From: an uncultured Clostridia bacterium
Lineage (GTDB): Bacteria; Bacillota; Clostridia; TANB77; CAG-508
Length of the DNA: 53,725 bases
Assembly (NCBI GenBank): GCA_944388985.1
Contig: CALXKT010000001.1
Span: 1-53,725 of the forward strand
Reading direction: 5' to 3'
The notes under the pieces were generated by a model. The model searched no databases. It saw only the letters and a program-made list of their open reading frames with translations, and had not been told where the DNA came from. Positions 26,454 to 36,491 of the stretch are shown here, piece after piece. Position 1 is the first letter of the stretch. Each line of letters begins with the position of its first letter. Made by a program: the position numbers and the translations under genes.

Positions 26454-29400
26454 CCCTTCTCCTTCATTTGCTCTAGAATCGTGTCTCTCTCTGCATTGCC
26501 AATATACGTATACTCCTTTTTGCCGATTCCTGTATTAAAGTTACAAATGGACTTATATTTACAATACTCACATGGTGTTTTGCCACCTTTTATTTTGTAA
26601 TATGGTTTTACCTGTATATTTCCCTCTAAAATATTGTTTGCAATTTGTTTTATTATTTTATTCGTATATTTCTGCAAGTTTTCAAATTGCTGTCTTGTAA
26701 TGGTACTACTTCGGCTAGGAGTAATTTCTCCCTTTGTGTTAATGTAAGCGGGCACCATATTGGCATAGCCTGTCGAAAAGCTTTTGTCCATCTTTTTAAT
26801 CATATTCACATCTGCTAGAATGAGACCTTTCATTTTAAATTGTTTGCGAATTTCCGCTTCTATTTTTGCCTCGTCTGCTCCTTTTGCCACATTGGCGCTA
26901 GGATCCATTAAGGTAAAGTAAAGCACTCCTGCTGGCATAACATCTTCGATATTGCAGACAGCGTCCAAATAGGTTAATAACTGTAATTGTAAGCCTGCCA
27001 CAACCTCATTTAGGTTAATGTCCTTGGCAGAAGATTTGTAGTCGATAATTCGTATATAATTTCCCTCTGGTGTTTTTGCAATGTCAATACGGTCAATCTT
27101 CCCTGTGATTTCTACTTTTTTTCCATCTTCTAGTTGTAATTGAATTGCTGGATATTCCTTGCCATTTTTGAATTCCATTTCATGTCCCATTACTTCAAAA
27201 TCGCTATATTTTAAACTGTCTACAATATAAAGAATAGAAGTTTGAATCACTCTTTTTAGTCGATTGGCTAAAACTTTATATTTTGGTATGCTGGTAAAAA
27301 TATAATTTCGTTTTAATTGCAATTTTTCTTCAATTACTTCTTCTACTATTTCCTGTATTTCTTCTTGCGTTACGGTTTTAACATCTAAATTTCTTTCTTG
27401 CAATTTGTCGAAAAAGCTATCAATTACGTCATGCATAAAGGTACCGGTGTCAATCGATTGCACTTTAAATTCTTCTTTTTCTGAAAGATTTAGCCCATAT
27501 TTTAAGTAATACGAAAATGGACAAGATTGGTATTGCTCCAGTCTTGAAATACTTGTTCTTAAGGTGTCTCCATATAATTTTTGTAATAACTCTTTGCTTA
27601 AGTTGTCTGGCTGAATATGGAAATGTAGCGCCTCTAAACTGTTCTTTAGCCTTTCTTTCCACTCTGGTGTAGTCACATAATAGTGGTATAGCATTAGCCA
27701 AGTATCTTCTATTTCTTTTCCCTCTTTGTAATCACGTAATTTATCTAATAGTGCTTCAAACGTGCTCTCTTCTGTGCTAACCGAATATCTCTTTTGAATA
27801 ACATCGCTTTCTTCTATTAGGTTAGGAAATATCTTTTTCACTCGGTTTCGTAAAATGGATGGTCGTAGTGCCTTTCCCTCGATGTCTGCAGATGAATAGG
27901 ATAGATATAGTTTTTCTTCGGCAGTTCCAAAGGCTTTGTAGATATTGAAGTTGTCATCATACAATTGCTCTGTTGTACCTTTTGCAAGTTCCATGCCTTG
28001 CTCTTTTAAAATATCTCTATCCTTATCATTCAAAAAGCCTTCGTTTTTGTTGACGCTTGGGAACATTCCATCATTTAGCCCAATGATAAATACAGCTCGT
28101 ACTTTGTGGCTTCTTGACCTATCCACATCTCCCACGGTTACTTGGTCTTGCGTACTTGGTATTTTGCCTAAGCCGGTATTTCCTAGTCCCGTTTTTAGTA
28201 TTTCCGCATATTGGTCAAAACTTAGTTTTCTCTCGCCTAGCACCAGCACCATTTCGTCGAAAAGATTCATCATAATGGTATAACTGCTTTCCAATTCTTT
28301 CGCTTTTTCTAATTCTCCCATCTCTTCTAAATCTTTTATTCTTTCGCTTAACCTTTGTTGGATGCTATTTTCAATTAAAAATTGATATAGCTTCGAGGTG
28401 ATGCTTTTTACATCTTTACTGCTAGATAACGCATTTTTTAGGCTTAACAATGGCTCGATTATCTTTTCTCGTATATGTAAAATCTTTTTTTGCTCTTCTT
28501 CTGTTTCCTGGTAAAAATTCCATTCTACTTGATACCATTTTGCTCCCTTAATGCCCCATTTGATAGCATAATTTTCTATCACATAGACATCGTCTTCTTC
28601 GATTTCTTTTACCAAACCGGTTTTAATATATTCCAAAATACTGTCTGTCGTCCAGTTCTTGGCAAAGATATTTAAAACCGCTAAGAGGTATTTTACTAAT
28701 ACATTTTGGCTCAAATCCTTTTTTTCATCGATAAACACCGGAATATGGTATTTGGCAAAAATAACTTTGCATAAATTTGCATACCCCTCTAAGTCTTTGG
28801 TAATAACCGAAATGTCTTGGTATCGATATTGCTTATCATGCACTAGTTTTACAATCTGCTCTGCCACATACTCTATTTCAGAATATTGATTTTTTGCTAG
28901 GAATAAGCTTAAATTTTCCACTTTTTCGGTATACTGGTGATACGGAAAAGCATAGATGTTTTGCTCTAAATGCTTTAGCTCTGATGCTTTAAATCGATAC
29001 GTTTTTTCTAAGCAAACATTTTCTTGTACCGCACAATTTTCTTGCTTTGCGATTTGCAATATTCTATCTAAGGTCACTTTATTGGCATAAAAAACATCAG
29101 TATCTGGATTGGTACTTACCTCAATGTCATCGGTACACACAGTAATCGTAACTTGATGCGCCTTTTGTAATAACTTTCTTAGAATTTCATACTCTTGATG
29201 GGTAAATCCGACAAATTCGTCAATATAGATATCGGTATCATCAAATTCTTGTACCAAATCAAGTGTTTCTGCTAGTCTCGTTAAATTATCGTTTTCATCT
29301 AAATACTCACTTTGGATGCATTCTTCGTATTTTTCGTATATTTCTAGCATATCTTGCAACTTTGTTTGCAAATATTTATTTTGCACTTTCTCTTTTTCTT

Positions 29401-29914
29401 GCTTTAATTGTTCCACTGTGATGCCATGCTTTTTAAACTCCGTAATTTGTGTGCCAATCATCTCCACATTTTCTTGCGTTTTCCCAATAAATTTAAGATT
29501 CTTTTTTTCTTCCGAAAGAATCTGGTACAAAAGCATCGCTTTCCCGCTGGAAGAAAGATTCTTTAAATTACTACTTCCTATCTCTTTGCTCACACGGTAA
29601 GCCATACGGTTAAACGTTAATACCTCTGCCGAAACAACAGCAGTCATGGTTTGTGCGGTCACGTCGGTGGTTGGAGTTGTGAATGTGTCTGAGGCTACAG
29701 GCATTGGCTCGGATGTGTGTGGTAATATTGCTACTGACGCTGTGGATGAAGCCACTGCTTCCATTAGCTTTTTCTCTGCCGTAAACGAAAACTGCTCTGG
29801 AGTAATAATATATATTTTTCGTTTTTGCCCATGCTTTATTTTTTCTGCTATCTCCTTAAATAGGTATGTACTCTTTCCGGTCCCAGACCTACCATAAACA
29901 ATTCTTAAACTCAT
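26450..29914 (-). CDS. addB: ATP-dependent helicase/nuclease AddAB, subunit B
   Basis: Start MSLRIVYGRSGTGKST (ATG 29914, SD GGAG 7 nt upstream). Walker A is present. The C-terminal RecB-type nuclease has RIIDYKSS and Fe-S cysteines (CPFSYY ... CEYCKYKSIC). The 31 N-terminal residues in the track are repeat read-through. Confidence 0.9.
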   Translation of the reverse strand: MSLRIVYGRSGTGKSTYLFKEIAEKIKHGQKRKIYIITPEQFSFTAEKKLMEAVASSTASVAILPHTSEPMPVASDTFTTPTTDVTAQTMTAVVSAEVLTFNRMAYRVSKEIGSSNLKNLSSSGKAMLLYQILSEEKKNLKFIGKTQENVEMIGTQITEFKKHGITVEQLKQEKEKVQNKYLQTKLQDMLEIYEKYEECIQSEYLDENDNLTRLAETLDLVQEFDDTDIYIDEFVGFTHQEYEILRKLLQKAHQVTITVCTDDIEVSTNPDTDVFYANKVTLDRILQIAKQENCAVQENVCLEKTYRFKASELKHLEQNIYAFPYHQYTEKVENLSLFLAKNQYSEIEYVAEQIVKLVHDKQYRYQDISVITKDLEGYANLCKVIFAKYHIPVFIDEKKDLSQNVLVKYLLAVLNIFAKNWTTDSILEYIKTGLVKEIEEDDVYVIENYAIKWGIKGAKWYQVEWNFYQETEEEQKKILHIREKIIEPLLSLKNALSSSKDVKSITSKLYQFLIENSIQQRLSERIKDLEEMGELEKAKELESSYTIMMNLFDEMVLVLGERKLSFDQYAEILKTGLGNTGLGKIPSTQDQVTVGDVDRSRSHKVRAVFIIGLNDGMFPSVNKNEGFLNDKDRDILKEQGMELAKGTTEQLYDDNFNIYKAFGTAEEKLYLSYSSADIEGKALRPSILRNRVKKIFPNLIEESDVIQKRYSVSTEESTFEALLDKLRDYKEGKEIEDTWLMLYHYYVTTPEWKERLKNSLEALHFHIQPDNLSKELLQKLYGDTLRTSISRLEQYQSCPFSYYLKYGLNLSEKEEFKVQSIDTGTFMHDVIDSFFDKLQERNLDVKTVTQEEIQEIVEEVIEEKLQLKRNYIFTSIPKYKVLANRLKRVIQTSILYIVDSLKYSDFEVMGHEMEFKNGKEYPAIQLQLEDGKKVEITGKIDRIDIAKTPEGNYIRIIDYKSSAKDINLNEVVAGLQLQLLTYLDAVCNIEDVMPAGVLYFTLMDPSANVAKGADEAKIEAEIRKQFKMKGLILADVNMIKKMDKSFSTGYANMVPAYINTKGEITPSRSSTITRQQFENLQKYTNKIIKQIANNILEGNIQVKPYYKIKGGKTPCEYCKYKSICNFNTGIGKKEYTYIGNAERDTILEQMKEKG

Positions 29915-29932
29915 ATTTTTCTCCTTTTTAGT

Positions 29933-30152
29933 CCAATTTGGGGACAGGCGTTTTTCTCTACTTTTTTCCAGTTTAGGGACAGGTCTTTTTCTCTCATTTG
30001 CTCTCATTTTCGCGAAATTAAGATATCAATTTTCGTCTTATTTTTCCATTTTTGCTCTAGTACTACTTTTCAATTGCTTTATTATTTCTTCTTTACGAAC
30101 GGGTGTCCCAATTTTGGAAAAAAGTAGAGAAAAACGCCTGTCCCCAAATTGG
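29933..30152. mobile_element. MITE-like 220-bp element with perfect 37-bp terminal inverted repeats (subfamily-B GGGAC units)
   Basis: 29933-29969 (CCAATTTGGGGACAGGCGTTTTTCTCTACTTTTTTCC) is the exact reverse complement of 30116-30152. Degenerate second units lie just inside each end. There is no ORF and no obvious target-site duplication. Confidence 0.6.
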
Positions 30153-30155
30153 AAT

Positions 30156-31025
30156 TTATGCGGTGTCTCTTTTCCAATAGAACAAGTATTGTTGTGCTAT
30201 CCCCTCTAAAGCTCCATACTTTTCTTTGGCTAGTTTTTCGATTTCCCTTTTATTTACTTTTGTTTCATCTTCTTTTTTTAGGTATAACTCATTCATTACT
30301 CTTCTTACCCATACATCTATTGGAAATACATCCAATCTTTTTAGGGTAGAGAATAGTAATATGCAATCTGCCACTTTTGGCCCTACCCCTGCCAAAGTTA
30401 AAAGTGTGTCTCTTGCTTTTTGGGTGTCTGGCTCTTCATGTAGTTTTTCTAAATTCACTTCTTTATTTAGAATTTTGTGTGTTGTTTCGTATACACGTAC
30501 ATCGCGGAAACCTAAACCCAATTTGCGTAAGTCTTCTACACTTGCTTTTGCTAACTCCTCTATGGTTGGGAAAGTGTAATAGTCTCTTCCCTTCCATTCT
30601 ATTTTATTACCATACTTTTTTGATAAGCGTTCTATAATGCCTTTAATTCTTGGTATGTTGTTGTTTGCTGAGATTATAAAAGAAATGATGGTCTCCCACA
30701 AGTCTTGGTTTAAAATACGAATTCCGCTTCCATATTTGATACTATTAGCTAAATAGTTATCTATTTTAGATAATTCGCTTTTTATTTTCTCATAATCTCT
30801 TTTTAAATCAAAATAATCGGTGACCAACGTTTCTAAATTATCAGCACCAAAGCTCGAAAAGAGAATGGTGTTATCCACTTTTTTCACATTAATTACATTA
30901 TCCCCTACTACACCTGTGTAACTTCCGTCTTTTTCTTCGTCCCATCGAAAGCACTGTCCACATTCGAAAATGTGCTTTGGCTCGAATGAGGATGTGTTTT
31001 TTAGTATGTATTGTTGTTCGTACAT
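30156..31025 (-). CDS. ogg: 8-oxoguanine DNA glycosylase/AP lyase (Ogg1-type HhH-GPD)
   Basis: HhH-GPD motif LAGVGPKVADCILLF with the catalytic Lys, and PIDVWVRR with the Asp. 289 aa. Confidence 0.85.
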   Translation of the reverse strand: MYEQQYILKNTSSFEPKHIFECGQCFRWDEEKDGSYTGVVGDNVINVKKVDNTILFSSFGADNLETLVTDYFDLKRDYEKIKSELSKIDNYLANSIKYGSGIRILNQDLWETIISFIISANNNIPRIKGIIERLSKKYGNKIEWKGRDYYTFPTIEELAKASVEDLRKLGLGFRDVRVYETTHKILNKEVNLEKLHEEPDTQKARDTLLTLAGVGPKVADCILLFSTLKRLDVFPIDVWVRRVMNELYLKKEDETKVNKREIEKLAKEKYGALEGIAQQYLFYWKRDTA

Positions 31026-31053
31026 TTCTACTAGATTCCTCTCTTTCTATACA

Positions 31054-31713
31054 CTAGTTTGGTTCTTCTTGTATCTGGTCTAGACCAACCTTGTCTGTTT
31101 CTACAATATTTTTAATAGCAAATTCTTGAAAAATGGTAGCATTATCTCTTTTTTTATTTTCTCCAACTGTAATACTTCCTTCGAAAGTAAATTCGTAATT
31201 TTTATTTTCTTCTAAAGAATACTCTTTATTTACCTTTATAAGGATTGGTTCTTCCTGTTGAAATTGTGCTACTACATAATATTGATCTGTCCCTGACTCA
31301 TTTGTCCTATCTAAATCTGCAATAACTTGATAAGTTCTCGTAAATTGTACATTCTTTATTTCAATAGTAATTCCTTGCCTTGCTTTTTGATATGCATCAT
31401 GATAATCCATAAAAAAGCTACCAATACAAATTTTACTGTTTGCTTCTTTTTCCCAATCTGGTGTTTCATCTGTATAAAGTCTATTAAAATCAATTACTTT
31501 ATAACCTAATCCCCAATACTCCATTGTTCCACCATCAGAATAAATTGTCATTGGAATACAAAAAATTGGTAGTTTTTGTTCTTTCACTCTGTTATAATCT
31601 ACCGCATAACAAATAATTCCCAATACGATAATAATTGCTAAAAGAATTAGTACAATTTTTAGTGCTTTTTTCACTATAATCATCCCCCTTTTACTAATGC
31701 TATTCTTCTGCAC
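31054..31713 (-). CDS. Hypothetical membrane-anchored protein
   Basis: One TM helix (ALKIVLILLAIIIVLGIICYAV). No motif recognised. The start is uncertain (internal ATG or GTG). Confidence 0.45.
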   Translation of the reverse strand: MQKNSISKRGMIIVKKALKIVLILLAIIIVLGIICYAVDYNRVKEQKLPIFCIPMTIYSDGGTMEYWGLGYKVIDFNRLYTDETPDWEKEANSKICIGSFFMDYHDAYQKARQGITIEIKNVQFTRTYQVIADLDRTNESGTDQYYVVAQFQQEEPILIKVNKEYSLEENKNYEFTFEGSITVGENKKRDNATIFQEFAIKNIVETDKVGLDQIQEEPN

Positions 31714-31851
31714 TAGCTATTTCTCTCTACCTTTTTGCATCAAAATGAGAAACTACTTTTGCACAAAGAATAGTTTTATTTATTTCTATTATATAAATTT
31801 AAAATGGTAGTGTCAATTGTTTGTTTTGGGATTTTTTAAGAAAAAATTGTT

Positions 31852-32712
31852 TTACTTAAACCCCTTTCCCCACACCTCTCTTGCACTAGAAATTACAATA
31901 AAGGCTCTTGGGTCTATTTCTTGCGCAATTTGTTTTATTTTCGCTACCTCATTTCGAGAAGCTACCACCCAAAGCATCATTCTTTTTTCTTTCGTATAAG
32001 TTCCTTTTGCATAAACAGCAGTGCTTCCTCTTTCTAACTTCAAGGCAATTTCCTGTGCAATTTCTTTGTATTTATTTGATACAATAAACATCATCTTTGT
32101 AAAATAAATACCTTCAAACACAATGTCTATCATTTTTCCGCTCAAATAAATAGCAATGGAAGAATATAAGCCAATTTCTATTTCTTTGAAAAATAGAACG
32201 TTTAGCAAAATAATGGCTATATCAATGATAACAATCAAGTTGCTAGCCCTGTAGTGTGGTTTGAAAGATCGAATAATGTAAGTTAATAAATCGGTTCCAC
32301 CAGTAGATGCATTGGCTTTTAAAACAATTGCGGTTCCAATTCCAATTAAGATTCCTCCATAAATACAGGATAGTAAACGGTCCTGTGTCAGACTTCCAAA
32401 CCTCTCAAACAAATCGATAAATGCGGAAAGAAAAAAGGTTCCAAAAATCCCTTTGATAGCTACTTCTTTTCCAACTCGAATAAGAGCTAAAATGAATAAA
32501 GGAATATTTAAAATTAGCATTGTAGTTCCTAATGGCAAGTGAAACAAATAATAGAAAATCGTAGAAATACCTGCAAATCCTCCAGAAGACAATTGGTTTG
32601 GTAATAAGAAAAAAGAGGTTCCTGCTGCCATTAACGCACAACCTACAATAATGAAAAAATATTCTTTTATTATTTTCTTAACCAAAATCTGTTTTCGTGA
32701 CAATTTTTTCAT
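31852..32712 (-). CDS. YitT-family membrane protein (DUF161 repeats plus C-terminal DUF2179)
   Basis: Multi-pass TM N-domain and a soluble C-terminal domain ending RAFIVISSAREVWGKGF. The likely start is MKKLSRKQ (ATG 32712). Confidence 0.7.
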   Translation of the reverse strand: MKKLSRKQILVKKIIKEYFFIIVGCALMAAGTSFFLLPNQLSSGGFAGISTIFYYLFHLPLGTTMLILNIPLFILALIRVGKEVAIKGIFGTFFLSAFIDLFERFGSLTQDRLLSCIYGGILIGIGTAIVLKANASTGGTDLLTYIIRSFKPHYRASNLIVIIDIAIILLNVLFFKEIEIGLYSSIAIYLSGKMIDIVFEGIYFTKMMFIVSNKYKEIAQEIALKLERGSTAVYAKGTYTKEKRMMLWVVASRNEVAKIKQIAQEIDPRAFIVISSAREVWGKGFK

Positions 32713-32852
32713 AATAATAAAACCACCTACAATGTAATACTGCGTGCACATTTTACTTCTTTCACTAGTATTTCCCATTATTGGTGATTTTATGCTACAA
32801 ATTTGCTATTTGTTTTTTACATTTGCATTTTCATCTAAAATTCAACTCGCAT

Positions 32853-33893
32853 TTACTCATACGACTCCAAAATCTCTAGTTCAAATTTTCCCGGCTTTAT
32901 ATTATCATCCTTTTCAATTACCACATCCACATCATATATTTCCTTTAGTTTTAGAATGTTTTCTTTTCCGTGTCCAATAATATTGTTGATGTTAATATCA
33001 TTTGCTTTTATTTTTACTTTTTTTACTTTTGCATTCACTTTTTTTATCTTTCCAACAATACTATCATACCACATGCTGGATTCTACCAATTGCCTAAATG
33101 CAGGATGATATGGTCCTGCTACTACGCTACTCTTTTCGGATGATGGATCTGTTATTTCTTCTGTATTTTGAAGTCCAATTCTTATTACATTTATTTTACT
33201 TCTGTTAAACAAATCCACAATTTCTTTGCATCTTTCTACCGCTTGTCCAACAGTAAGTGGTGTATACTCTCCACTTTTATATTCTTCTTCTAATTCTGTA
33301 TCTTTGATTACTAGTACAGGATAAATTCGTACTATTTTTGGTTTCATTTTAATTAATTCTTTGGCTGTATTAATTTCATCTTGTTTTGTACTTTCTGGTA
33401 AGCCTACCATCATCTGATGGCCTAATATAAAGCCATAATGACGGATTAATTTGGATGCTTTTTTCACATCTTCCCCCGTATGTCCTCTTTTGCATCTTTC
33501 TAATATGTAATTGTTGGTTGACTGCACTCCAAGCTCAATGGTCTTTACATGATATTTTTTCATTCTTTTTAGAATTTCTTTATTAATGCAATCTGGCCTT
33601 GTCGAAACACGAATACTGTTTACTCGTTTTTGTTCAATATAGCTTTGTACCGCTTCTAAAAGTTCCTCTTGCTTTTCTGTTTCAATTGCAGTAAAACTAC
33701 CTCCAAAGAAAGCTACTTCTACATATTTGTGATTATCCTTAAAGTTCTTTAAATAATATTCTATTGTGTCTTTCACATCTTTTGCTGTAACCATTTTTGT
33801 TTGCCCACTAATCTTTTTCTGATTGCAAAAAGTACAATTATTAGGGCACCCTAAGTGAGGAACAAAAATGGGAATAATATATTCTTTTTTCAT
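32853..33893 (-). CDS. Radical SAM protein (Elp3-like core)
   Basis: CxxxCxxC motif CPNNCTFC near the N-terminus. 346 aa. Confidence 0.75.
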   Translation of the reverse strand: MKKEYIIPIFVPHLGCPNNCTFCNQKKISGQTKMVTAKDVKDTIEYYLKNFKDNHKYVEVAFFGGSFTAIETEKQEELLEAVQSYIEQKRVNSIRVSTRPDCINKEILKRMKKYHVKTIELGVQSTNNYILERCKRGHTGEDVKKASKLIRHYGFILGHQMMVGLPESTKQDEINTAKELIKMKPKIVRIYPVLVIKDTELEEEYKSGEYTPLTVGQAVERCKEIVDLFNRSKINVIRIGLQNTEEITDPSSEKSSVVAGPYHPAFRQLVESSMWYDSIVGKIKKVNAKVKKVKIKANDININNIIGHGKENILKLKEIYDVDVVIEKDDNIKPGKFELEILESYE

Positions 33894-33917
33894 CCTGTTA
33901 GCTCCTTTCTTTGCTTT

Positions 33918-33987
33918 ACTTGAACAGAAGGGACACTCCTATTTGTTCAAGCTTTTGGACAAATAGGAGTGTCCCTTCTGTCCAAGT
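33918..33987. repeat. GGGAC-core repeat pair, subfamily A (probable rnc terminator)
   Basis: ACTTGAACAGAAGGGACACTCCTATTTGTTCAAGC is followed by TTTTGGACAAATAGGAGTGTCCCTTCTGTCCAAGT. The two halves carry matching variant bases (AGAAGGG/CCCTTCT, CCTATTT/AAATAGG). Confidence 0.8.
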
Positions 33988-33994
33988 ATCCAAG

Positions 33995-34670
33995 TTACTT
34001 TAATTTTTCTAGTGCTTTTCCTGCTGCATCCATTTCGGCATGCTTTTTGGTTCGTCCTTCTCCAATGGCAAGCTCTTTTCCATTTACTTCTACTTTGACA
34101 GTAAATAGCTTGTCATGGTCTGGACCTGTTTCTTTAATTACAGTGTATTTTATATTGACATCTCCATTTTCCTGCAGTTTCTCTTGTAGCACCGTTTTAT
34201 GGTCTTTCATTCCTACATGTTTCGTAGAACTTTCTATTGCCTCTTTTAAATTGTTCACAATAAATTCTTCTGCTTTTTCTAAGCCACCATCAAAATAAAT
34301 GGCTGCAATGGTTGCTTCTATGCTGTCAGCTAGGATGGCTGGCTTTTCATTTCCGTTTATTATTAGCTTCGCTTTTTCCCACGAAGATAAAATCACTAAA
34401 ATTATGCTTTTTAGCTACATTGTACAAACTTTGTTCGCACACTACCTCTGCTCTAACTTTAGTCATTTCACCTTCTCTTAAATTTTGATAATGCGTATAA
34501 ATATATTTACTTGAGATATACTCTAAAATACTATCTCCTAAAAATTCTAATTTTTCGTTGCTCTCTATATTTTTTTCATAAGCATATGAAGTATGAGTTA
34601 ATGCTTGTTTTAGCAATGCTTTGTTATTAAAAGTATATCCTATACTTTGTTCTAATTTTTCAAAATTCAT
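33995..34670 (-). pseudogene. rnc: Ribonuclease III, split by a 1-nt frameshift as given
   Basis: ORF 34347-34670 carries the catalytic EKLEFLGDSILE. ORF 33995-34396 carries PAILADSIEA plus the dsRBD (GEGRTKKHAEMDAAGKAL). The frames overlap at AATAATAAACGG (plus strand 34353-34364). Removing one A gives a continuous GKSEANNNGNEKPAILADS. Confidence 0.8.
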
Positions 34671-34875
34671 TTTACTATTTGTATAATATGCTCATCTTCT
34701 AATCCATGAAAATATTTTTACATATTATACTCTCCTTTCATTTTTTGCTTCAAGCATTTCCATTATACACCTTTTTTATGCAAAAAAAAAGAGCTTTCTG
34801 CAAAAGATTTTCCCTATTTTTCGACAAAAATGCACAAAAAAACAAAGCAATCTTCTGATTACTCTGCTTTTTTGG

Positions 34876-35118
34876 TTATGCAATATGATCTTTGATATAA
34901 TCTACAACATCTCCTACAGAAACAACCTTTTCTGCATCAGCATCTGGTATTTCTATATCAAATTCTTCTTCAAGAGCCATGATTAATTCTACTATGTCTA
35001 GAGAATCTGCTCCTAAATCATCTATAAAAGATGCTTCCATCGTAACTGCTGTTTCAGCTACTCCTAATTGCTCTACTATTATTCCTTTTACCTTTTCAAA
35101 AACTTCTTCTGAACTCAT
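34876..35118 (-). CDS. acpP: Acyl carrier protein
   Basis: 80 aa, with [20 protein letters not shown] containing the phosphopantetheine serine. Confidence 0.95.
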   Translation of the reverse strand: MSSEEVFEKVKGIIVEQLGVAETAVTMEASFIDDLGADSLDIVELIMALEEEFDIEIPDADAEKVVSVGDVVDYIKDHIA

Positions 35119-35266
35119 GATATAAGTTCACCTCCTTATATATTTTCTTCATTTCGTTCTACCTAACAATAATACATATTAATTTAATTGTCAATATATT
35201 TTACAAATTTTATTAAAATATTTGCTGTATCCCTTTATTTTAGGCAGTTTTTTGTTGTTGTACTAA

Positions 35267-36301
35267 CTAGTCTGCATCTTCTTTTTGCTTTTCAAAAGCC
35301 TCTATCATTTTTTCTACCGCTCTATTCTCCACAAACTGTTCTGCCTGTTTTATGGTAAATTCAAATAGCTTTTCATCACTGCTTCCATGCGCTTTTACCA
35401 CTGGTTTTTTTACTCCTAAGAACAATGCTCCACCATATTCTTTGTAATCCATTGCTTTTGAGAATTTGTTAATGGCTGGCAAGCTAGGTATTGCCGCTAT
35501 TTTAGTAAGTATATTTTGTTTCAAACTTTCGGTAAGGCTTCTTTTTACAAACTTTCCTAATCCTTCTACCGATTTTAAGAATACATTTCCTGTAAATCCA
35601 TCGGTAACTACCACATCTACCTCTCCAGAAAATGCATCTCTTCCCTCTATATTACCAATAAAATTAATATCTAGTTTTTCTGCATTTTCTTTCAGTAGTT
35701 GATAAGATTCTCTTGTAAGTTCATTTCCCTTCGTTTCCTCTGTTCCAATGTTTAGCAAGCCTACTGCTGGTGCTTCCATTCCGAAAGTGTTCTTTAAATA
35801 GATACTTGCCATCTGTGCAAATTGCAATAAATTAATTGGTTTGCAATTGGTATTGGAACCACAATCCATAAGAAGTAGTCTGCTTTTATAGGCTGGCAAA
35901 ATTCCTGCTAATGCTGGACGGTCAATTCCTTTAATTCTACCTACTAAAAGTGTTGCTCCTGTAAGAAGTGCTCCCGAATTTCCAGCAGATATAAATACAT
36001 CTCCTTCTCCTTGTTTTAGCATATTAAATCCTACCACCATAGAAGAATCTTTTTTGTGTTTAATGGCTTGTGTTGGAATATCTTCCATTTCAATGGTTTC
36101 AGTTGCATTTTTAATACTTAATCTAGGGGAAATATCGTTAATATTATCTTTTCCATATAATTCTTTAATTCGACTCTTAATGACTTCCTCTTTTCCAATT
36201 AGTACTACTTTTGCTTCTATTTGACTTATTGCCTTTACTGCTCCTTTTATGTTTGCATCTGGTGCATTATCTCCACCCATGGCATCTAGTAAAATAATCA
36301 T
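35267..36301 (-). CDS. plsX: Phosphate acyltransferase PlsX
   Basis: The LDAMGGDNAP N-terminus, 344 aa, and the conserved plsX-acpP-rnc neighbourhood. Confidence 0.9.
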   Translation of the reverse strand: MIILLDAMGGDNAPDANIKGAVKAISQIEAKVVLIGKEEVIKSRIKELYGKDNINDISPRLSIKNATETIEMEDIPTQAIKHKKDSSMVVGFNMLKQGEGDVFISAGNSGALLTGATLLVGRIKGIDRPALAGILPAYKSRLLLMDCGSNTNCKPINLLQFAQMASIYLKNTFGMEAPAVGLLNIGTEETKGNELTRESYQLLKENAEKLDINFIGNIEGRDAFSGEVDVVVTDGFTGNVFLKSVEGLGKFVKRSLTESLKQNILTKIAAIPSLPAINKFSKAMDYKEYGGALFLGVKKPVVKAHGSSDEKLFEFTIKQAEQFVENRAVEKMIEAFEKQKEDAD

Positions 36302-36420
36302 TTGGTTTCCTCCAATAATTGTGTTTTTTCTAAATATATATTACTATTTAAATATTTTATAACTAATGCTTGCCAAAGTCAATTGCAAAATGAAAATTTG
36401 ACTTATCTTTCGAAAAAACT

Positions 36421-36480
36421 GAAACAAGGGGACACACAATTCGTTTCAAAAATGAAACAAAACGTGTATCCCCCTGTTTC
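36421..36480. repeat. GGGAC-core palindromic repeat, subfamily C
   Basis: GAAACAAGGGGACACACAATTCGTTTC - AAAAAT - GAAACAAAACGTGTATCCCCCTGTTTC. The first arm is identical to 9045-9071. Confidence 0.8.
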
Positions 36481-36491
36481 AAGTCTCTTTT

